64,000 nucleotides of DNA from a virus. Of this stretch, positions 55,988 to 64,000 are shown in pieces. Location: IMG/VR virus record IMGVR_UViG_3300023296_001674, one strand, 5' to 3'. The number at the start of each line of letters is the position of its first letter. Within the stretch, counting starts at the first letter, position 1. The notes beneath the pieces are model-generated. The model ran no database searches, was not told the origin of the DNA, and saw only the letters and a program-made list of their open reading frames with translations. The position numbers and the translations under genes are program-made.

Positions 55988-56070
55988 GGGAGAGGAAAGT
56001 CAGTGGCTCTGACATCGCGTCTGTAAAACGCGTCCTAACGGGAGTGGATCGAAACCACACTCTCCCACCA
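55988..56070 (+). tRNA. tRNA-Tyr(GUA), tandem duplicate
   Basis: CGCGT-CT GTA AA-ACGCG; near-identical to the previous tRNA with compensatory changes. Confidence 0.8.
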
Positions 56071-56071
56071 A

Positions 56072-56120
56072 TTTATACGGATTAGCGCATAAAATCATTT
56101 TATACGGATTAGCGCATAAA
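56072..56120 (+). repeat. 22-bp direct repeat x2
   Basis: TTTATACGGATTAGCGCATAAA at 56072 and 56099. Confidence 0.85.
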
Positions 56121-56147
56121 CCAACGTTATCTTTGGAGGATAATCAA

Positions 56148-56485
56148 ATGACGATGCAGGTAGCAAGAAGCGGCTAAAGAAAACGCCGCTACATATAACT
56201 GCGACCACACCTGATAACAAGTGTGTAGTTGCTGGATTTTTTAAATTAGTAGATGGTGAAGGTATACCATTAACGATTGTATTGGGTTATTTAAATGATA
56301 AAAATTTATTACCTGATTGGATTGATTTTTTAGAAAGTTCAGTTCATCGAAAATGGAATTTAAAATCCACGATAGTAAAGATTGATCAGGCTTGTTTTGA
56401 AGTTTACGGTCCTGAACATCGTGATAATGTAATAATAAGAATTAAGCAATGGGTCATTAAGCAGTGGCCTACTTATGGGATATAA
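56148..56485 (+). pseudogene. Small protein whose RBS/ATG is out of frame with the coding body
   Basis: GGAGG + ATG at 56148/56154 in a different frame from the open frame GSKKRLKK...FFKLVDGEGIPL... Confidence 0.4.
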
Positions 56486-56551
56486 TGTAAGGATTAGCAT
56501 CAGAGTCTTGGATACTCTTCGACATGGGTTTGAGTCCCAGTTTCCCGACCA
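56476..56551 (+). tRNA. tRNA-Pro(UGG), divergent
   Basis: AGAGT-CT TGG AT-ACTCT; GACCA. Confidence 0.6.
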
Positions 56552-56661
56552 ACATAGAGCTTCAGAGTTGTCGATCAGTGCGAACGTGGCATTGAATGTG
56601 GACAATAGCCCAATAGGGTTGGATTATCTTTAAGATGAATCGTATGCTGTGGACGAATTTA

Positions 56662-56776
56662 TATGAAAGTGGACTTAATGGTAGGTCGCTGTACGGAAGA
56701 ATCGGCTATGATATGGGAAACCTATTAGTCGTAAGCATACGCAGAAGTGTTGGTTCGAGTCCAGCCTTTCATACTA
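56662..56776 (+). ncRNA. tRNA-like RNA with expanded anticodon arm
   Basis: ATGAAAG/CTTTCAT, GACTTAATGGTAGGTC D-arm, T-arm GTTGG-TTCGAGT-CCAGC, internal hairpin insert. Confidence 0.55.
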
Positions 56777-56780
56777 ATAA

Positions 56781-56864
56781 CGGGCATGACCGACTACTGG
56801 GATGGTCGCTAGGCTTTCAACCTAGTCCTTTAGGTGAAGGGTTCGATTCCCTCATGCCCGACCA
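56781..56864 (+). tRNA. tRNA-Glu(UUC) with enlarged variable arm
   Basis: CTAGG-CT TTC AA-CCTAG; ACCA. Confidence 0.75.
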
Positions 56865-56870
56865 ATTTAT

Positions 56871-56971
56871 CTTGTAGAGTTGGGAAATTCGATGACTTCA
56901 TAATGGTGTGGGGGTGCCCGGTCAACATTATGAAATAGAATTAGCGAGTTCGACTCTCGTCTGCAAGCCTA
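56871..56971 (+). ncRNA. tRNA-like RNA with 9-bp stem replacing the anticodon arm
   Basis: CTTGTAG/CTGCAAG, TTCATAATG/CATTATGAA, T-arm GCGAG-TTCGACT-CTCGT. Confidence 0.5.
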
Positions 56972-57027
56972 TTTTATTGACAAACGGTAGTGTTTTGTAT
57001 ATTATGGTTCTTTGAGGAGAGAAGAAA

Positions 57028-57291
57028 ATGTATATAGACAATTTTACAAAAAACAAAGATTTAATAAATGTGTATCAATACACAATGCATTTAAAAGATG
57101 GTATGAAAGTATATTCTATCCATCATGATAAACGGACCATTGTGATTCAATTAGATACGCAATTGCCATCAACGCACACATTTTCTAAAAAAGTTTTTAC
57201 TGATGTATTAAGTACGCATCATTATGAAGGCGATTTAGAAGTTGCTGCTACAATGGTTTTTGAAAAATTAATAGATGGAGATATGATATAA
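57028..57291 (+). CDS. Small early protein (tandem paralog)
   Basis: MY.D.FTK, IHHD, THxY.G.LE.AAT.VFE.L shared with 57291. Confidence 0.7.
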   Translation: MYIDNFTKNKDLINVYQYTMHLKDGMKVYSIHHDKRTIVIQLDTQLPSTHTFSKKVFTDVLSTHHYEGDLEVAATMVFEKLIDGDMI

Positions 57292-57545
57292 TGTATATGG
57301 ATTATTTTACTAAAGTTTCAGAAACTGAAGAAATATATGGATTTAAAGCGCATCAAATAGCGGGAATTCGTTCATATATAATACATCATGATAATCACAG
57401 GATTGTGGTTCAATCAGAAGATGAAGTTTTGGAAACACATACATATGACGGAAATTTAGAAGATGCTGCGACATTTGTATTTGAAGAATTATTAGATGAG
57501 ACACCAGCAGGGACTGTTTTGCTTCCGATAAAAAGTAATGAATAA
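57291..57545 (+). CDS. Small early protein (tandem paralog)
   Basis: See the previous gene. Confidence 0.7.
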   Translation: MYMDYFTKVSETEEIYGFKAHQIAGIRSYIIHHDNHRIVVQSEDEVLETHTYDGNLEDAATFVFEELLDETPAGTVLLPIKSNE

Positions 57546-57814
57546 TGTTTTTAAATGATGAAGTAATAGATTGGTTGTATATGGCATCATGTGTAGCATT
57601 GCCATTATTATATATGCCATCAATGTATTTCTCATCAATGTTTTTGATAGGAATGGGCATTGCAACACTTATAAAAATGTTTTTTCCATCGCATCGATTA
57701 GTGATATTGAGATGGATAAGATGTTTAATAGATTATGGCGGAGTGATGGTAAGTTTATCATTGCTATATAAAAGGATAAAAATATGGACTACGATTTATC
57801 AGCGCAGCAAGTAG
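57545..57814 (+). CDS. Small membrane protein
   Basis: Hydrophobic segments; translationally coupled. Confidence 0.45.
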   Translation: MFLNDEVIDWLYMASCVALPLLYMPSMYFSSMFLIGMGIATLIKMFFPSHRLVILRWIRCLIDYGGVMVSLSLLYKRIKIWTTIYQRSK

Positions 57815-58944
57815 AAGCAAAGGATGAGATACTTAAATGGTGGAATGACGAATATTCTGACCAAGTGTTTTACCTTGCAGGATATGCTGGTTCTGGAAAG
57901 ACGACATTAATTAAGTATCTATTGCCATATATGGATTTAGATATTTCAAATGAATATGATGTCACATTTGGTGCATATACGAATAAAGCATCTATTGTTA
58001 TGCGTAGAACTGGTATATTAACAGCCAATACGATACATAGTATGATTTATCATCCAGAAGAACAGGATGATGGAACAGTTTTATTCAAAAAGAATCGTGA
58101 TAGCATCGCAAAAGACACAAGTTTGATTGTATTAGATGAGTGTTCTATGATTGACGATGACATGGCGAATGACTTGGACAGTTACGGCACAAAAATTTTA
58201 GTTTTAGGTGATCCGGGTCAACTTCCACCAATTAAAGGTGAAGGGCATTATACAAAACGCAAGCCTGATTACTTTTTGACTGAAATTCATAGACAGGCGG
58301 AAGGAAATCCGATTATTCAGTTATCCATGTTAGCACGCCAAGGTCAATTTTTGAAATTGGGTGAATATGGTGATGGTGTTCGGGTTGTTGATTCTGACGA
58401 TATGGAATTTGAAGATTTTTTAAAGGCAGATCAAGTTTTGTCTGGTAAAAATGTCACAAGACAGTTTTTGAATAAAAACATGAAAGAAGAATATGGTTTC
58501 AATGATGTTTTACCAATGGATAAGGGCATCAAGTTGATTTGTTTAAAAAACCAAAAGAAAATTGGTTTATACAATGGAATGATGTTTGAATCTATGTTTG
58601 ATAGAAGCCATGTTCATCTTGGTCGTGGTAATAAGTTTTTCACACAATCAGTAATGAATGACGAAGGATTTGTTTACGACACGCTTGACATATCGGCTGG
58701 ACCATTTAACGATTATAAATCTCAGCGCGATGCTGCAACGATTCAATTGGATCGTAAGAACAATAGAAACCATAGCGAATTTGATTATGGTTATGCTATT
58801 ACAGTTCACAAATCGCAGGGTAGTCAATGGGAAAATATTATTATTTATGATGATGATTTTGGAATGTGGGACAAACTTCTTCGTGCAAGATGGCTTTATA
58901 CAGGCATCACACGCGCCCAAACGGGTATGATAATAATACGATAA
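57784..58944 (+). CDS. SF1B RecD/Dda-like ATP-dependent helicase
   Basis: GYAGSGKTT, TIHS, LDECSM, GDPGQLPP, LTEIHRQ, YAITVHKSQGS, YTGITRA. Confidence 0.93.
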   Translation: MDYDLSAQQVEAKDEILKWWNDEYSDQVFYLAGYAGSGKTTLIKYLLPYMDLDISNEYDVTFGAYTNKASIVMRRTGILTANTIHSMIYHPEEQDDGTVLFKKNRDSIAKDTSLIVLDECSMIDDDMANDLDSYGTKILVLGDPGQLPPIKGEGHYTKRKPDYFLTEIHRQAEGNPIIQLSMLARQGQFLKLGEYGDGVRVVDSDDMEFEDFLKADQVLSGKNVTRQFLNKNMKEEYGFNDVLPMDKGIKLICLKNQKKIGLYNGMMFESMFDRSHVHLGRGNKFFTQSVMNDEGFVYDTLDISAGPFNDYKSQRDAATIQLDRKNNRNHSEFDYGYAITVHKSQGSQWENIIIYDDDFGMWDKLLRARWLYTGITRAQTGMIIIR

Positions 58945-59039
58945 GAATAGTGAAGGCTGCACTTCTCGAGAAGATGCAGGAAGTAGCAGTATGATATTAT
59001 TACTGTGAAGTAGGTGAAATCCCTACCCAAATTCTTTAT

Positions 59040-59115
59040 GCCCCGGTCTTCTAATGGTTCAGGAAACTGGTTTTTCATTCCAGCAATCGGTGTTCGATTC
59101 ACCGTCGGGGTACCA
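59040..59115 (+). tRNA. tRNA-Glu(UUC)
   Basis: CTGG.-TT TTC AT-.CCAG; GCCCCGG/TCGGGGT-ACCA. Confidence 0.88.
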
Positions 59116-59191
59116 AATTAGAACTTAAGAGTTGTTATTGACAATTTTTCATAATGTGTTAATATAATATTTTATCATAAAGGAGTATGTT

Positions 59192-59434
59192 ATGACTAAA
59201 GTAAATGACACGACGATGTTTGCACATAAAATACGATCCGCATTGATTGTTCAAGCAGAAATTGATTTATTGACCGAAGGGTTGGAGCAGTTATTTGACG
59301 ACCTAGCAAAAAACGGTGATCGAAGCCGCGATGTTTATGTGGATGCATTTAAATCAATATACGAAAAATCGAAAAAGGATAAAATCGCAGACGTTTCAGT
59401 GTTATCAGTTGAGGGTATTCTCAACATGATGTAA
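59192..59434 (+). CDS. Hypothetical protein
   Basis: Promoter at 59138, AAGGAG RBS. Confidence 0.65.
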   Translation: MTKVNDTTMFAHKIRSALIVQAEIDLLTEGLEQLFDDLAKNGDRSRDVYVDAFKSIYEKSKKDKIADVSVLSVEGILNMM

Positions 59435-59459
59435 ATTTAGAATAGAAAGGATTAGTAAC

Positions 59460-60014
59460 ATGATAAACGATATATACGGAGTACCAGTAGTGTACGTTCC
59501 TGATTATTGTGACTATGATGTTGACAAATTATGGGATGAATTGCCTTTTGATAGAAGGGAATCAACCCCAAGAACGGAATGTTGGATGAATGACTATGGA
59601 GACCCATATACGTATGGTGTTGGCAGAGGTGAAAGAACTTATATTCCCGATGCTTGGAATGTCGTAGTTGATGGAATTAGAAATTGTTTAAATGAAGATT
59701 ATAATGCATCATTTGATTGTTGCTTTTGCAATGGTTATTTGGATGCAAATGATCAGTTAGGTTGGCACGCGGATGACAGTCCAGAAATGGATATGGATCA
59801 CCCAATCGTGTCAATTTCGTTTGGTGCTGAAAGAGATATATGGTTTAGAAAGACCGGCGTTAAGGGTATGGCTACAAAAGGTGTTACCATGGGCGATGGA
59901 TCAATGACCATGATGAATGCTGCTATGCAGGCAACGTGGGAACACAGGATACCTAAACACAGCGCACCATGCGGTAAAAGAGTTAGTTTGACTTATAGGA
60001 AATTAGTCAAATGA
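59460..60014 (+). CDS. AlkB-family 2OG-Fe(II) dioxygenase
   Basis: N.Y....D.LGWHADD, SISFGAER, WEHRIPK, RVSLTYR. Confidence 0.92.
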   Translation: MINDIYGVPVVYVPDYCDYDVDKLWDELPFDRRESTPRTECWMNDYGDPYTYGVGRGERTYIPDAWNVVVDGIRNCLNEDYNASFDCCFCNGYLDANDQLGWHADDSPEMDMDHPIVSISFGAERDIWFRKTGVKGMATKGVTMGDGSMTMMNAAMQATWEHRIPKHSAPCGKRVSLTYRKLVK

Positions 60015-60331
60015 ATAATAATAGTACACCATGGTATAATATAGAATCAAGAGAAGACCGTCTTTTGAGGCAACAAGCTAAACAAATTAGAAATTTAGAA
60101 TATGCTAGTCGCCATAATTGTACTTCGGATATAGCTGATTTGATTCTCAATCATGGACGAATTGATTTGGAGCGGAAACTTGATATTGCGCGTTGGAATG
60201 AAAGGTTTGCCGAAGGTGAAAAAATCGCCCTTGAAAATCGCCAAAAATCTGAAAAAATCGCAAAAAATGCACCAAAATCAATGACTGTAAATGAAAAAAT
60301 GCAACAATTATTATCTATGGTCAGAAAGTAA
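60011..60331 (+). CDS. Hypothetical protein
   Basis: Coupled ORF. Confidence 0.55.
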   Translation: MNNNSTPWYNIESREDRLLRQQAKQIRNLEYASRHNCTSDIADLILNHGRIDLERKLDIARWNERFAEGEKIALENRQKSEKIAKNAPKSMTVNEKMQQLLSMVRK

Positions 60332-60338
60332 ATAAAAT

Positions 60339-60410
60339 GGGCTTATAGTGTTAATGTCGCACGCCCCTATTGGGGGGTAGTCGAGGGTTCGTTACCCCGT
60401 GAGTCCACCT
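60339..60410 (+). ncRNA. Degenerate tRNA-like RNA
   Basis: GGGCTTA/TGAGTCC acceptor, GCCCC-TATTGG-GGGGT 6-nt loop, GGGTTCGTTACCC T-arm. Confidence 0.5.
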
Positions 60411-60549
60411 ATTTTTATGTTGCATTGCGAAGGTATGCGTTTTATGCAACCCTCTAATGCGTTAAAAACATTGGATTTTATGGTCTAAGTATGATAAATA
60501 TATATGATGTTGCATTGCAGCATTTTATAACATACAAGGAGACTTAAAA

Positions 60550-60813
60550 ATGAACAACGAAATAGACTTTGACTTAGCAGTACGAAACGCACACCGTGAA
60601 CAAGCAGTAGTAATGGGTGCAGCAATTCTTTCATTGCTTAAAATGATTGGTAATGCTTTGGGTGCTGTATTTGGTTCTATTGCATCTGCAATTGAATTTA
60701 AACGTGCATTCAACGAACTTGATGCTTTGACAGATACGCAGTTGCGTGATATCGGTGTAAACCGTGGTGAAATCGCACACTTGATTATGAACCGCCATAC
60801 ACTTGCTGAATAA
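60550..60813 (+). CDS. DUF1127 (YjiS-like) small protein
   Basis: C-terminal EL..LTD.QLRDIGVNRGEI signature; AAGGAG RBS. Confidence 0.88.
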   Translation: MNNEIDFDLAVRNAHREQAVVMGAAILSLLKMIGNALGAVFGSIASAIEFKRAFNELDALTDTQLRDIGVNRGEIAHLIMNRHTLAE

Positions 60814-60927
60814 AATGCTCCCGAACGGGATCATTTAAACGAAAATTACAGAATAAAGATAATATGCTCCCGAACGGGAGCATTTTTATTGACATGGTGT
60901 GAAAATCATGTATAATACAAATATTAT

Positions 60928-61005
60928 TGCGGGGTGGAGAAGTCCGGTCATCTCATCGGCCTCATAAGTCGAAATTCGCAGGTTCAAATCCTTGCTCCCG
61001 CAACT
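60928..61005 (+). tRNA. tRNA-Met(CAU), initiator-like body
   Basis: TCGGC-CT CAT AA-GTCGA; promoter TTGACA-N-TATAAT at 60889. Confidence 0.75.
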
Positions 61006-61107
61006 TATACTACGAAATTAGTTTTTGGAGTGTGAAGGCAACCAAGAACATTTGGCGGCGATGGCTGTTCAGAGGGATGAAAGTTCCCACCAAACTATAA
61101 ATATTAA

Positions 61108-61183
61108 TGCGGGATAGAGAAGTGGTCATCTCACAAGTCTCATAATCTTGTAATCGGAGGTTCGAATCCTTCTCCCGCATCCA
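61108..61183 (+). tRNA. tRNA-Met(CAU)
   Basis: CAAG.-CT CAT AA-.CTTG; CCA. Confidence 0.85.
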
Positions 61184-61219
61184 ATATTGGAAGAAAAAGA
61201 AAAACATTGAATAATTTAT

Positions 61220-61304
61220 CGCGGGGACAAGCACCGGGCGCTGATGAGGCTCATAACCTTATGTCTTACGACAAAGTTGGTTCGATTCCAACCCACCGCA
61301 ACCA
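61220..61304 (+). tRNA. tRNA-Met(CAU), C1:A72 mismatch, extra variable arm
   Basis: TGAGG-CT CAT AA-CCTTA; ACCA. Confidence 0.7.
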
Positions 61305-61351
61305 ATTCATTTATTGACAATTCCATCTAAAATCTATATTATATGATATAT

Positions 61352-61427
61352 GCCCCGGTCTTCTAACGGTTCAGGAAACTGGTTTTTCACATCAGCAATC
61401 GGAGTTCGATTCTCCGTCGGGGTACCA
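61352..61427 (+). tRNA. tRNA-Glu(UUC), duplicate of 59040
   Basis: Near-identical sequence; CTGGT-TT TTC AC-ATCAG. Confidence 0.9.
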
Positions 61428-61446
61428 ATTATTATGCGAGGATATT

Positions 61447-61770
61447 ATGTCTACAGAGAATGAAGATACGCTGCTAAGAATACAAATTGGTGAATTTTTC
61501 GATTATTATTCTGGTGGTGGCGAAGAAATTATAGAAAAACTCGCAAAAGATACTGGTGTTACAGTAGAGGCTTATCGTTATAATATGTTTATGGATCATA
61601 TACATGGCGGGTTGGTTGAAACATCAAGAAATCTTTATGAAGAAATGATGATAGACCTTGAAAATGATTTTGATGATTTATGTGACGATGATATGGATTT
61701 GGTATTTACATCAGATGAAGATGAAGATGAATATGTTCCATGGTACAAGAAATTTTTAGGATTAAAATAA
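61447..61770 (+). CDS. Acidic hypothetical protein
   Basis: GAGG RBS. Confidence 0.6.
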   Translation: MSTENEDTLLRIQIGEFFDYYSGGGEEIIEKLAKDTGVTVEAYRYNMFMDHIHGGLVETSRNLYEEMMIDLENDFDDLCDDDMDLVFTSDEDEDEYVPWYKKFLGLK

Positions 61771-62378
61771 TGAACAACATACCATTTCACATGATTAAGA
61801 ATGTAAAAACCGCCTATCAAGTGGCAGAGCCAGTAATGTTAGACACTGATATTAATGCGACATTATTATCAGAAACAGTGTTAAAATTATTAAAACTTCA
61901 ACCGTTAGAAACCAACAGTAATCAGTTATGCTTAACGCACAAAAAGGGATCAGCCGATGTATGGCATGAAGGTTCTGGATCGTTGGCTTACGTAGGTGAT
62001 GCTGGCGAAGATGAAAAGAACGGACATAAATCACAAGTTGGATTTTTTAATGCTGAAAGTGCATATACCGAATTGAATGATGAAGTCAAAGGCACTGAAA
62101 TAGAACATGTTTATAATGAAATGACTAAACATTATTCTATTGGAAGATTTAGAGTGATGGGTTTACTACCGAATACATGTTTGGCATGGCATAGAGACAC
62201 CAGCCCAAGAATACATGTGGCAGTTAAAACATCAGAAGCATGCAAGTTTGCAATACAAAACAGTTTATTTCACATTCCCGCTGATGGGCATGCGTATTAT
62301 GTTGACACCACAAAAGATCATTCGGTTTTTAACGGCAGCAATGAATTACGATTGCATATAGTTGGAACAATAATATAA
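61770..62378 (+). CDS. Aspartyl/asparaginyl beta-hydroxylase-like 2OG-Fe(II) oxygenase
   Basis: R.R.M.L.P..CL.WHRD...RIH, H.PADG..Y..DTT..H...N.....RLHIV. Confidence 0.82.
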   Translation: MNNIPFHMIKNVKTAYQVAEPVMLDTDINATLLSETVLKLLKLQPLETNSNQLCLTHKKGSADVWHEGSGSLAYVGDAGEDEKNGHKSQVGFFNAESAYTELNDEVKGTEIEHVYNEMTKHYSIGRFRVMGLLPNTCLAWHRDTSPRIHVAVKTSEACKFAIQNSLFHIPADGHAYYVDTTKDHSVFNGSNELRLHIVGTII

Positions 62379-62387
62379 AGGATAACA

Positions 62388-62741
62388 ATGTCAGAAGATA
62401 CTTTTTCAAATTGTGTAGCGATAAAACTACAAGAAGGCACGAAAGTTAATATAATATGTGAGCGATTATATGATTATTTAGATGCATCAAATAACACAAA
62501 AGATTATAGCGTGCAATCCGGCAATGACTTTATTGCATTTTATAGCAAAAACGAAGATCATTACGGTATTACACGTGTTGGCGATCCAAATTACGAATTC
62601 ATAAATATTTGGAGAAGTTTGATGGATATATGCTATGAATTAAAAATTCCTGTTAATACATATGTTCCTAAATATTATACTGATTTTTGGTATAATGGCA
62701 GCGATTGTAATTCAGAGGGAATGGATTGGAAGGATTTATAA
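62388..62741 (+). CDS. Hypothetical protein
   Basis: AAGG RBS. Confidence 0.6.
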   Translation: MSEDTFSNCVAIKLQEGTKVNIICERLYDYLDASNNTKDYSVQSGNDFIAFYSKNEDHYGITRVGDPNYEFINIWRSLMDICYELKIPVNTYVPKYYTDFWYNGSDCNSEGMDWKDL

Positions 62742-63184
62742 TGGAAAAACTTACAGACACGTGCTATTATTATGAAGACAAAGGTGTGGCGATAGTAATG
62801 CCAGAGCATTCTAATATATGGATTGTTATTTCAAAAGCGGGTAAATATTTATTTTCAGCAAAAGATTACGACATGTGTGAAAATTTTGTAAAGGATATAA
62901 AAATGAAAAAGCACGCAACTTCAATAACTGGATTTGATACGTTGAATGATGCAGCCCAAGAGATTGGAAAGTTGCGCTATGATGCACTATCTAAGTTTTT
63001 AGAATGTCTAGCAGAAGAAATGTCAAGACAACAAGTTAAAGACCGCAATGCCGGAAAGAGAAAATTAGCCGGTCATGCAGGGATGATGATTTCTGAATTA
63101 TATCGCGCACGCACCGCTACTAAAATGTTGTTCGACAAATATAAGTGTTTCATGAAGGAAGAATTGGATGCCGAAAAAAGTTAA
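62741..63184 (+). CDS. Hypothetical protein
   Basis: Coupled ORF; LRYDAL..FL..L...D...G..KLA module. Confidence 0.55.
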   Translation: MEKLTDTCYYYEDKGVAIVMPEHSNIWIVISKAGKYLFSAKDYDMCENFVKDIKMKKHATSITGFDTLNDAAQEIGKLRYDALSKFLECLAEEMSRQQVKDRNAGKRKLAGHAGMMISELYRARTATKMLFDKYKCFMKEELDAEKS

Positions 63185-63815
63185 AAAAGTTTTAGCAGTT
63201 GGTGCACATCCTGATGATATAGAATTAGGTTGCGCTGGAACTTTGTCTAAATTGCATAATGAAGGATGGGAGATAACATGTTTAATCATGATTCCACCAT
63301 CTACATTAGATATTGCACGACCTAAAGACGTTGTATATTCAGAATTTTTTGATTCATTTGAAGTGTTGGATATTGAAAATTATAATATAGTGAATTATAC
63401 ACCACTCCATACGAGATATAATTTAAATAATGATTGCACTACTATTACAGAGTTTGAAAAAATCGCAAATTGGTATAGCACAGAGTGGGATTTAGTTATT
63501 ACACATAGCGACGGAGATAGCCATCAAGACCATGTCAATACATTTAATATTGTTTATAGTTTTTGTAGAAAAAACGTAAAAGAGTTGTGGTGCATGGAGT
63601 CTGGATTGTATTTTAATCGAAACCGAAACTTTAAGCCAAACGTATTTGTTGGTATCGATGATCATTTTCAAAAAAAGATGGAATCATTGGGGTGTTATAG
63701 TTCATATATGAATGACGAAAGATTGAGTTTGGTTAAATCGTTGGCTATTATGCGTGGTGGAATGACTACACATAAATACGCAGAGGCATTTCAACAAATG
63801 CATAGAATAATATGA
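63168..63815 (+). CDS. PIG-L/LmbE family deacetylase
   Basis: VGAHPDDIELGC.GT, TH..GD.HQDH, K...L..Y.S, YAEAF. Confidence 0.92.
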   Translation: MPKKVKKVLAVGAHPDDIELGCAGTLSKLHNEGWEITCLIMIPPSTLDIARPKDVVYSEFFDSFEVLDIENYNIVNYTPLHTRYNLNNDCTTITEFEKIANWYSTEWDLVITHSDGDSHQDHVNTFNIVYSFCRKNVKELWCMESGLYFNRNRNFKPNVFVGIDDHFQKKMESLGCYSSYMNDERLSLVKSLAIMRGGMTTHKYAEAFQQMHRII

Positions 63816-64000
63816 AAATAGTGTTGGCGGGATGTGGACTTATTGGTCATAACGTAGTTAGTAAATTACTTGAAATATATGACGACGTTTATATCATAAA
63901 TCAATCAAAAATATTTCCAGAACGTTATGCAATGTTCTCTAAATCGCCCACACAAGTGTTTATAAGAAGGACTGAAGTGTTTGATTATGTAATTGATGAT
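63812..64000 (+). CDS. NAD-dependent epimerase/dehydrogenase, N-terminal part (runs off the window)
   Basis: MKIVLAGCGLIGHNVV Rossmann glycine motif. Confidence 0.6.
   Translation, partial: MKIVLAGCGLIGHNVVSKLLEIYDDVYIINQSKIFPERYAMFSKSPTQVFIRRTEVFDYVIDD

Noticed and set aside
52274-56877. ORF-track entries 52274, 52836, 53044, 54375, 54960, 56360, 56635
   Set aside because: Shadow ORFs over tRNA/tRNA-like genes
1-64000. Alternative genetic code
   Set aside because: Long conserved genes are intact under code 11 and end in TAA, TAG or TGA

Overview
AT-rich, gene-dense segment of a large, distantly T4-like jumbo myovirus, almost all genes on the + strand. The host is most likely an Alphaproteobacterium, judging from the circularly permuted two-piece tmRNA with an ASNDNFKMDTRLAA tag, the phasin-like and DUF1127 genes, ErpA, Smr and the outer-membrane beta-barrel. 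Layout: (1) primase end and gp41-like helicase, then a late head/core gene block (1.8-17.3 kb) rich in I/L/V-x-E candidate prohead-protease sites. (2) Exonuclease, tail fibre, a nucleotide-metabolism cluster (class II RNR, NUDIX, glutaredoxin, dNTP pyrophosphohydrolase, pyrF) and PAAR. (3) tmRNA plus a second RNA with the same 3' hairpin. (4) Early accessory genes. (5) A 36-43 kb array of unrelated enzymes sharing an MRAWELYE N-terminal leader. (6) DNA methylase, Smr and ArgRS. (7) A roughly 10 kb tRNA array with about 23 tRNAs and several tRNA-like RNAs with abnormal anticodon arms. Best candidates for new biology: the MRAWELYE-tagged, probably capsid-packaged effector array; shrunken major-capsid and tail-tube homologues in early regions (possible immune decoys); PhaR-type operator boxes on the phasin and DUF1127 promoters; and the family of anticodon-less tRNA mimics. 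All family assignments come from motif recognition by eye, not database searches.
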